NCBI GenBank assembly: GCA_051047955.1
Contig: JBPGPT010000005.1
Coordinates: 620,001 to 684,000, forward strand
Direction of reading: 5' to 3'
DNA from: Cystobasidiomycetes sp. EMM_F5
Lineage: Eukaryota
Length of the DNA: 64,000 bases
Below the pieces are notes generated by a model. The model had not been told where the DNA came from and made no database searches. It saw only the letters and a program-made list of their open reading frames with translations. The position numbers and the translations under genes are program-made. Of the stretch, positions 48,962 to 59,470 are shown piece after piece (within the stretch, counting starts at the first letter, position 1; each line of letters starts with the position of its first letter).

Positions 48962-51839
48962 ATGGCCACGCCGACAAGGCCTCCCAAGCCCAGGGAGCCG
49001 CCGGCTTCGGGCGAGCAGCTAGGCACTCTGGTCGTCGTGGTTTATAGGGCGGTGGGCTTGATTGATTGGGCATTTCAAGCATACAAGTGCGCAGTTGAGT
49101 GCTGATGATGCTCGTACTCTCAGCGTAATCTGCCCAATAAACAGGTATGTCAAAGTGCGAACCGCCAGTCGGTCATTAGCTGAAGTTGGCGCAAACAGCG
49201 GATAGGCAAGCAAGACCCATATGCGACAGTCACCGTCGGTCATCAGAAGATGCGGACAGAGGCTGTGAAGCGCGGCGGACAGACACCGAGATGGGACAAG
49301 CAACTCCAGTTTGAAATATGGCAGCATCAGGGTGACGAGGTACAAGCAATCACATCGGAGACTGGCGGTATCGGGCCTGCATCGACCTCGAAGATTTCAG
49401 CAGACGATCCACCACTCCAAGCTACTGTTGGGAAACCTCGCTTGCCAAAGTCGTCGACTGACTCCAACGCGTCTACTTCGTCGGCATCGTCCAAGCGATA
49501 TCTAAAGTGCGCATGTTACGCAGACGATGCAAAGGAACCAGATCTCATAGGAGAAGGGAGTCTAGAATTCTCCAGTATCTTCAAATCGGGCGAGATGGAT
49601 GGTACGGTCACTTTGCTCTTTCTTGAGTCTACTGCCTAATGATGCGTCTCTAGAGTGGGTGGAACTGAAGCACCGCGGAAAATATGCCGGAGAGATATTC
49701 TTGGAAATGACATTCTACTCATCGGTGAGTCGCGCGTATGGTCTCTGAGCAACATGCAAGTATCCTGAATTTACATGATACATCTGCCAGGGTCCGCCTC
49801 CCGTGCAGAGAATACGACATGCTACGTCAACGAATCCCGAATATGGAGGACCTGGTCTGCACGAGGCTCTTTCAGTAACATTTCCACAGTCGCCGCCTGC
49901 GGGGAACAGACTTCCTTCGCCAAGCAATACACGACCGGATCAGCGTCCACTCGGTCCGCCGGTGGTTACTAATGCACTGAAGCAGAGCGTCAGTCAGCAC
50001 TTCCCATCTCCGTCAACGTCCATTAGCGCATCCACAGTAGGCGGATACAGACCTTCGAGTACAGGCTCAACGGCAACGAGCGCATACCCTTTCCGGCCTT
50101 TAAGTACAGGTTCTGCGGGAAATCCAGCTTCGCAGCCATTTCATCAGCGCCTTCCATCACCTGGTGGTACATTTGCTCCAGTAGCCGGCCGAGATGATAC
50201 ATACAATCCACCTTATGCTCCTCCTAATCTCGTCTCATCACCTCCACAACATGCTTTGCGGCCCCAAAGAGCTTCCATATCTTCTTTCCCAGCCAGTGGT
50301 TCAAACAGCGATATCGCTTCCCTACTGAGACCGATGTCGGGCATGTCTGTTAGTAAACCTTTGCCAACGCCTAGTCCGAGCATGGGTCATCCTGCCACAT
50401 CAAGACCGCCGTCCGTCCAACAAACTCCGGCCTTTCCCGTCGCACCACCATTACAGCATCACGGGTACTCGGATACCGCTGTCTCCCCGCAGTATGCGCA
50501 TGCGCAGCCGCAGCAGGACCAAAACCCGCATCCGCATATCTCGCACAGGCACAGCGTCCAGGCGTACCTGCCGAGTAGTATAGATACAACGAACGTCAGC
50601 TATACCGGCTGGCATCCATCTCACAACTCGTCACAGCTGGAAGTTGAGGCAGGTATACCGATGGAAGCGGCGCCTGTGCGGACCAATGGTTGGCAGGATC
50701 CTCGTACCCCTTCACCTGCGATGCATGCAGGTGGTGCTTCTGTCATGGCTTCACCTATGCGACAACCGTCATCTCACGTCGGGTATGCTATGCCTGCTCC
50801 ACATCCGCCCGCTCTGCAGCCAGGTATGAGTCCGCCTCCCTCTGCCGGGCAACATGCAGCATTCTCGGCATCTCCGCAATCTATTCACTCTTTCCAAAAC
50901 CCTCCCATGTCGCCGTCAGGCATGCTGGCGGCTCCTCATACGCCAATATCACCGCATACTCAGTACACAACCCCTACAGGCACGTTTTCGGATACATACG
51001 CTGCGCCGAGTCAGCATTATGCAGATCAGTCGTACGCTGGTTCTGGTGCATCCGACCATGGAGCGCATAACGCGTCTTCTGCGACATTGCAACCTGCTTA
51101 TCAAGATAATTATGGCAGCGGAGTATCGTACAACCATGACGTACAGCAGCAGCAGCATGCGTATGAGCAATCTGCAGCGATGACGGCAGGTCCGTCTCAC
51201 TCTCAAGCCCAAAATGGGTACTCGGGCGATCAAAACCAGTATCAGCCTGACGGACAGTATCAGTATTCGCAAGCCTACACTGGAGACCAATACAGCCATG
51301 ACAATGTGCCACAGCAGCCGCACCAACCTACCTATCATACGTCTGAGCCTTCTCTTGTAGTTCAACATCTGCAAAACGAGAGTCGGACAGACACTCCCTA
51401 CCGACCATTGCCTGCCCCTGCTCAAGCTACACATCATGATCAGCAAGCTTACTATCCGGATCAGCAGCAGCAACAGCAACATTATGATCAGTACGCGCCG
51501 TCTCCTTCTCCAGCACCCACTTCATCTGCCACTCAGCATCAGCCGCGCTTCGGCTTGCCGGTCCATCAGCCCTACGACCCACCGTACGTGCATCCGAACG
51601 ATCGCTATCGCCATGATGGATATAATGGGACATCACAAGGCTACGATACTGTTCCTCAAGCACCACCTTCGCTTCCTCCGGTACCGACGGAACTGCGAAA
51701 GGAGGCATACCAGCAGCAACAGTACCTCCAGTCGCAGGGGTATTATTCGCAGCAGCAGCAGCATCATACCGATGATTACCATCGTCATCAGCCTTCTCCT
51801 GCGCATCAGTACGGCGCACATCAATATCAGTATACCTAG
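48962..51839 (+). CDS. C2-domain cytokinesis ingression protein (Fic1/Inn1-like) with a Pro/Gln-rich tail
   Basis: LGTLVVVVYRA|RNLPNKQ|RIGKQDPY...RTEAVKRGGQTPRWD, PDLIGEG, EWVELK.RGKYAGEIFLEMTFY, then a PxxP-rich region. Confidence 0.85.
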
Positions 51840-52303
51840 GTAGGAGTGGCAGAAGATTCGCCTGGAGATGCTTCGCTTTATAACGTAGACAGTACTAGAG
51901 GTCTGTCCAGTCTCCTCTTGATACGAGGTTGTGCACTTTGATGGCTATGAAAGATGATTATATTCCAAGAATCTGGCAGTTCGCCCGAATGAGATCCGCG
52001 ATAGATGGACACGCTCCATTCCGACCGCCTTACTTCTTGCCAGCGCAGGTTGCAATTGGAAAGACTGACGTACAAGACTGCCAGAATTTGCCGCAACCCC
52101 CGCATCCCTCGGTGATCGGGCTTTCTCGCTTTGGTGTATTTTAGTCAGTCAAAGTAGAGTAAGCACCCAGTCTGACGGCTCCTTGCTCCCTCATGATCTG
52201 ACTGCGTCGACGTCCTTTGCACAGGCTCTCATATACACGTTGGCAGGCTAGGGCAGAGGGCGAGCAGGCGTATTATCCCCCCACGCAGTTTCAGTGCATA
52301 CAA

Positions 52304-54836
52304 ATGACTTCACGCTCGACACGCCGGACGGTGAAGCTGCTGGCTGTTCTGGCTATAACGCTGCAGGTCATTCTGCCAGCCAACGCGCATGAGCACCACC
52401 ATAGCCATGACGCTCCACCAGCGCCAGTCCAAGTCTACAATACTTCTTTCTCGGCCAGCGAGCCGTATGATGACGCTGCGAGGGCGGCAGCAGTCTCAGC
52501 CATGCTAGCAGCTGCACGGAAAGCAAGGGATGACAGCGAGGAGGGCCACGAGCATCAGCATCATCACCATCACGGCAGCGAACCCAAGATTATGCTCAAC
52601 GAGGTAAGTCTTTGCTCTTTTTGCCAGACACCTGTCATAAACGCCACCCTCGGCCAAACGGAAAGCTTCGGCGATAACGTATTCTCAACCAAATAAAGCC
52701 ATATGGAGCTGGCTCACAAATGTATATAACGTATTCATGCATACTGATGCTTGGTCTGCTTCGGCGTCACTTTCCTACAGACCGAATACGAGCTTCAGCA
52801 TGGTCCAATCGCCCCGTCATACTACGCCCTGGACAGCGGGAGTCCAGACGTTCAGCAGCTCTCCGTCATGTACGGTTCGCATTCAGGTCTCATGGTAACG
52901 CACATAGCGTCCATGGTTCTCGCATTCTTTGTCTTTCTGCCCATTTGTGAGCTCACATACCGCAGCAGATCCAACCGGCCATATTCTAACGAGGAAGCCC
53001 GACTCTTGCAGTCATCTTTGTCAAGATTGCAAAGCATACCTTCCTATCCGCATGTTCACAGCTCCTCCTTCTCACAACTCTGGCTGTTGGGCTCCTGTCG
53101 GGAATGGCATATTCAGCTGCTACGCCCGAGCTGTACGATGGACAAAAGCACGGCAAGCTGGGTTGGATCACATCTCTATCAGTCATTGCCCTATCGTCTG
53201 CCCAAATCTTCAGGACGCTATCGCACATGCTCAACAGCAAAAATGGGGATTCTTTCAAGGATCGCTTGCTTTCGCTGAGGTCGTCAGCGGCTTCGACTAG
53301 TGCGCAGTACGGTCCCGTTGGCGCAGGGGTCGTACAAAACGACGAGGAGCGAGGACCTCGAATTTCCAGTGCTAGTACGCACGTCAATGAGGATGCATCA
53401 CAGCGTAGTGGACGAGAAGACTCGGATTCTAGCTACTGGACGCGGCACGATTCTTCTGATCCCAGACACTTCAGCAGAGACAACTCGCTCTCCTCTTCTG
53501 ATTTCCGTCCTTCGACATCCATTCCCAGGCATCCAGAAACCACACGCTGGCATGGCCACGATTCATCCAATTCTGAACGATATGGTATGGTCACGTCGCC
53601 CGTCTCGGAGGTAACACTCAATGGCGAGTCGGATTATGACGATACAACGCGTTACAAGCATGCACGGCAGGAGTCTGAACCTTATGAGAAGCCCTTGCGG
53701 TCGTCGAGTTTTGATCGGCCACAATACCGTGCTTCGAAATGGGCAACAACGCTCAAGTACGCTGAGATATTCGCATGGCGAGCCTTGGTCCCCTTAGGTT
53801 GGGCGAACCTGGTAACGGGAATAGTGGTGTATGGCGGCACCTGCAGAGCCGAGGCGGATTTCAAGGTATTTTACGTTTGGGTCATGCATCTCGGCTGAGA
53901 TATATCGCTGATAAATTGTCAATACTCTAATCTGTCTTAGAATGCATGTCTCGCTCATCATATAAAGGGCTCCATCTTCTTCTGGTATGGTATTCTATAT
54001 TTCGGTCGCTATCTAGGTGCATGGGCGGAACTAGGCTGGGCATGGAACAAGAAACCGTCGTCCACTCGGGGGACATGGAGAGAGCACTTACCCTCGGCTG
54101 AAATGGCAGAGTGCTCTCTTCTGTGTCTCTATGGCGCTATCAATACGTGGATGGAACGATTGGGTGTCGGCCCTAATGACCCTTTTACGGTGCATCAGAT
54201 TCAGCACATCTCCATTGCAGTCATGTTTTTCTTTGGTGGTGGTCTGGGTATGATGTGCGTATTTTGCAGGCAAGGTTGATTGAGTGATCTTTTCGCTGAC
54301 ATCTCGGACTGCTTCCTCGTCGCTCTGGTGACAGGCTTGAAAGCAAGACGGTCCGCTCATGGATAAGCGATAGCGTTCTACAGAGAGTCGACGAGCGGAG
54401 AGCCACTGCTCCGACATCTTATTCCGGTTCCTTTAACGTCTTTCCCGCTCTCATCATCGGCATCACTGGCCTGGCGATGAGCGCGCACGAGCAAGAATAC
54501 GCATTCTCAATGACGATACATTCGCTTTGGGGACGTCTGCTTGCTCTCGCAGCAGTATGTCGCGTTCTCACCTATACCTTCCTTTTCCTTCGACCGCCCG
54601 CATCCATACTGCCTTCAAGACCACCGACGGAAGCCCTCACAGCCTTCTTCCTCTCGGCAGGAGGAATCGTATTTATGCTATCGTCTGACGAAGTCATCTT
54701 TTGGGCTCTTCGGAACGGCATGGACAGCGTTATGGCCTTTGCAAACGCTACCGTCGCATTCGTCTGCTTTGTCTTTATGTTTGTGTTTGTGCTCATGGGT
54801 CTCAAGGGGTGGGCTAGCCGGCGTGCAGCAAAATAG
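52304..54836 (+). CDS. YTP1/DUF2427 (YCR061W-like) polytopic membrane protein
   Basis: Signal peptide followed by HEHH; HIASMVLAF; PELYDGQKHGKLGW; CLAHHIKGSIFFWYG; GRYLGAWAELGWAWN; IQHISIAVMF; MSAHEQ; LPSRPPTEAL. Confidence 0.85.
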
Positions 54837-55393
54837 TGGTCGCTGTCCGTCTATGTGGCAGTAGTCAACCGGAGGAGTACCCGCTGTGCATCTCTTCGAT
54901 GCTGAAATACGGCAAATTGTGAGCGCGCGTCAGCATCGCAAACAATGCAAGTCGCAGCAAACGCAGCATCAATCTTCCCATATGATAGAAGAAATCAATA
55001 AGCAAGAATACCTAAACACCTACTATCGTTACTCGTTCCTAGGTAGCATATTTAAGTCATAACTCATTCGAAAGTCGTTTAATCAACATTTCCCCGTATA
55101 TTTTCATGTCCATGCATAGAACGCTAGTACCGACGCCTAATATGTTGTTGACAAGACGTATTAATTGCGATTACATGGTAGTTACGGAATTGCGGATGAC
55201 GGGTTGAATGTCGACAGTGTTTTGACTCGTCCTGATCTTCACGTAACGATTCTTGCCGCCATCGTCATAGTGGAGCACATTATTTGCGGAGACGTTGTGG
55301 CAAAAGGCGGATTGTCGCGCACAAGGCAGAGTCCCAGCTCTGTTGATCCTGTACCGCTCAGCTGTACGCCATACTGCACCCATCACACTCATC

Positions 55394-55821
55394 ATGTCTT
55401 CCGATCCAGCACTCAAGCCTGAAGGACCACTAGACAAATTGACTGGCTCGCTCAGCACGTCTACAAATCAAGGTCCCGGCATATTCAAGGAAGGATGGGC
55501 TGGTACAGCTGAGACTGGCAAAGCTGGCGGAGAACCTGGTGATACGCGCTATGTGAAGAACCCGGTGACTGCTGAGACTGCTTGTAAGCGTCCGTACTGG
55601 CCGCACCGGACTTTAGCTGCGTCATCAGCCAGGGGCAGCAAGCTCATCTAAATCTTGTTTTAACTTCAATACTGTAGCCGGCAAAGGATCTGGTAGCTCT
55701 ACGGAGAATGACGAGAGATCCACCATGGAGAGTATCAAGTGTGTTGGATACGGTCGACCTAAATGCTGACCAGTACTGAACGAGGCAAAACATCACCAGG
55801 AACAAGCTATCAGGTCATTAG
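55394..55821 (+). CDS. Small Gly/Ser/Thr-rich hydrophilin-like protein, 90 aa (3 exons)
   Basis: Exons 55394-55583, 55678-55738 and 55800-55821 total 273 nt and read MSSDPALKPEG...STMESIKNKLSGH*. Confidence 0.6.
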
Positions 55822-56039
55822 TTGGGACGTGTGGTCACATGTTAGCACAGAATGCTTAACACGGAATCTTCTGGATACAGCGTTGAAGTGTATGTTGAAT
55901 TGCCCACACTTAAATATCATTTAAAACCCGCCAGTATAGACTGCGCAGAATCCCAGGTATGCTCCTGACGGCAAAGAGTAGCATTGGAATTCCGAAGAGA
56001 GTATAGCAGCGACCAATGCCGTATCCACACGGACGTGTA

Positions 56040-56064
56040 GCTGTCACGGCTGTCACGGCTGTCA
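56040..56064. repeat. Short tandem repeat, (GCTGTCACG) about 2.8 copies
   Basis: gctgtcacggctgtcacggctgtca. Confidence 0.7.
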
Positions 56065-56878
56065 TTCTGGAACTAACCAGGCTTTGCTCAATTGGCAGTC
56101 GTGCCGCGAATACGGTAACTTTGCAAAGCAGATTTCCCGCAGCCTTTGCCCGTTCCTTTCTGCTTAGACAGTTGCCGTCTATTCCCGACCGCGAACAAGT
56201 TCAGATACTGTACAGTGACGATCCTGAGGCCGATCAGAAGCCGAGACCAGCTGGCTTGGGGCACACTGCCAGCCCACAATAATGCTTAAGTGAGGATTGT
56301 TTGCATTATCCTCGAATGGCCGTTGCCTGTTCTCGAACAGGCGTTGAGCGCGCCAGTCTATGATTCTGCATTCTGCAAACAAGAATCGACGTCATTTCCA
56401 AGGTGTTTAAACTGCGAGCGGCGCACGCTTGCAAAGGCTGAAACCGTCGAGACAGAATAATACTCAAATTGCAAACCCCGTAGAGTGTCCGCATCAGCCT
56501 AGCTGGCTGGCGGAGCTCCGGCAACCCGCAACAGTGTCGGGATCAGGCGCAGTTTTCGGAAATCCCGAAACAGACGCTTGTAAGTCTGTCGTTTTGGGTC
56601 GTCAGAGGAGACACAGGCGTAGATCGCATGCTCCACTCATGTAGTTGGTGCAGCGCGCATCCTGCGGAGGGCGACGCGTCTCGCCCTAGTCAATGGACTC
56701 CAGGATGCGAGCGAAATGGTCAGCAGTTTGCTGACATTGTGAACACCATTCCCTTCTCCCTGCGCTCTCTCGACTGTTCGATAACACACCTGCATATACC
56801 TGCCCGTCGTCTACGCATCTGAACCTCGACAAACATTATCAGCTGACATATCGGCCTATCAAAATGCCAGTTTCGCAG

Positions 56879-59095
56879 CCTCCGGAAATGCGATAGCAGG
56901 CGGGCATCAGTCGTCGACACAGGCTCATTCTACATACTCCGGCATCGACCGACCTCCTGCATTGCATAATATTAAGAGAGAACCAGACGAATCGTCGTTT
57001 GCGTTTCATCGAGGCGACGTAAGGCATCCTGGAATCGCAGCCAGTTCCAACTTTATAAGCGACCGTAAAGAACCGCTACAGCACCACGGTACATGGGACG
57101 TCAACAGCATACCGCCTTCAGCCAATTATCAAACGTATCCTAACACATTTCTCGATGTCAATTGGTATCCCTCCTCACCTGGGCGGCCGTATGTAGATTC
57201 AGTCTCCCCGGTCGGAGGCTCATCAGCTCCCAGTCAATGGCCAAGTGAGATATATGGTACAGATAGCTACACAAATCAATTCTATAGCAATCCTTCTGCT
57301 GGCTCTGCCGGTTCCGCGTTTGCACAAGGCTCGCACTCCGAGTGGGTGCAACAAGGTCCATCGCATTCAAGGATACAGAACTTTGCAAACCAGACTCCAC
57401 TGAAGGATGAAGCTGTACAGTCGCCCACATTTCAGCCTGTACAGTCAGCGCACTGGCCGCCTTGGAGCCGCAGTGGCGAGGAAATGGTCTTCGAATCCGC
57501 TCCATCGGAATTTCACTCTTCTTCACAGGCATACACCAGTCCTGTCAAGTCTAGTGGGTATAGCCAGCGGATAATCACACATCGCGACTCTTCCATACTG
57601 CCGGATGCTAGCGTAATTCGACAAAGGCTAGAAGGTCGCTCAGCTGTACACGATCTTCCAGCAACCTCATATCAGTCAGAACAACACCAACATTCGCAGC
57701 TGTTTCTGCCCCCTCTTCCAAGCGAAAGCGCAATGCCTGTCGACGACTTTCGTGCCTATCACGCGCACCACTCAAGTCTTCCCCGGGCTACAGCAGAGCC
57801 GCAGATGCCAACATCCCTCGCTAGTCCGTCCGACCCGTCAAGAGACCATACTTCGCTGAATCAACGCCGCTTACAAAGTAACGTGCTGTCCTTGTCACCT
57901 ATGTTGACCGAGCAGAATGCACCAAGACGGATACCCATCGAGTACGTTTGTTCCATTATCTGTGAAAAGTGTCAAAATCTGACACACGCCATGACGATGC
58001 TTTCTCTACCTACCGTCGCTGGCTACTGCTACTGCGTAGTCTGCGTGCACCGAGACATCCCGACTCTCCTCGAACCGCACTTCGACGCGCAGTTGAGCGA
58101 GAGCTGCCATCAAACGCCTCCGCCGAAACCGTTGTGAACGCTACTGAAGCAAGATGGGACGAACTGTCATCGAGTGATTGTAAGATGCTACAAATCCACT
58201 ATACTGCCGGTGAGTCGACGATGGCGGTACTCTGCAGAGCTAGCTGCTCCCAAGTGATGTACTTTTTCGATCATGGCTAACATGTCCCACTCTTGTAGCC
58301 CTGGATGCATATGAACAGGACATGCGAGCGTATGTCCACACGGAGGCGTGTAGCGAGTACCTGTCTCTTCTCGAACGGCAGGCTCTGTATACACAAACGG
58401 AATATGTGAACCCGTATGCTTCCTACTATAGTCCGAACGATGATTCGCCCGTCAGCGCAGAAGAGAGGGTGACTACACCTGTGGCTTCAGCCAGCGCAAA
58501 GAAACCACAGCCGAAGGAGGGGACCATCAAGCAGCGAGGCGTGTCCAGTCAATCTGGCAGTAGCGCTAGTGCTGGCGCCAAACGTCGCAAGCCTAAAGCC
58601 GAGTGAGCTCTACAGCCATGTCTAGTCGGAATAAGATCATGTCATAACGTCTCTACCCCGATACAGTATCAACGCCCCGGTCAAGCCTTTCAGCGCCTAC
58701 GTCAAATTTGGCCGTGATATGCGACATAATATGCAAGAAAACGGCGATGCGTCATTCAGTGAAATCAGTAAGGCTATCGGCGAGGCTTGGCGAGCCATGC
58801 CGCCATACGAGAAAGAGGTGAATTATTTTCGTACCGTGCTTCGTTCGGCTATAAGTTTACACTCGTTACTTCATCCTTTACAGCAATTACTCGATCAGGC
58901 TGAAGAGGGTATGTAGTTAGCGATCGCGGCTGGTGCCAATGACACCTCGATACTAATTCGCGGGCTTTGAATTCTAAAACAGCCAAAATGAATTATCGTA
59001 AAGCCCTCAAGGAGTACAGATCGACGGACGCCCACCAATCGTATCAACAATATCTTCAAGCCCTGGAGGACAATACGCAAGAACGAAAACCCTAG
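56879..59095 (+). CDS. HMG-box transcription/chromatin factor (one canonical box plus one degenerate box); true start not resolved
   Basis: KAD|INAPVKPFSAYVKF...SFSEISKAIGEAWRAMPPYEKE|QLLDQAEE|AKMNYRKALKEY; upstream degenerate box D|LRAPRHPDSP...EARWDELS. Confidence 0.8.
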
Positions 59096-59470
59096 TGCGA
59101 CGCGAATACATATGCAATCCTTGCTATGTTTTCGTGGCGTGACCAGTCTCATTATGTTCTGTGTCGTGTTATTTAGTCGTTTGTAATTGTATCTTTTGAT
59201 CTTATGTCTAATTTAGTGGGAGGATGTTTAGTCCACGTATAGTTCGACAGGCGAAGTCGTGACACTTACGTTCAGATGTAAAGTATTCGGCAGACACGTA
59301 GGTGAAAGTCGACGCAGAATGAAGGTTGTTTGTAGATGAACAAGCTACATTTGGTACATTGCAAAGCTGCTACTTCAAGGCTGCCTGCTGCCCACGCAAT
59401 ATCTCAATTCCTTGTTTTGCTTGCAAAAAGAGAAAGAAGCGAGTACTGCTTCGTGCAGGAATATACCTCG

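Noticed and set aside
56016..56282. 88-aa ORF upstream of the HMG gene
   Set aside because: No recognisable motif, starts in a 9-nt tandem repeat, and no convincing splice link to the HMG exons
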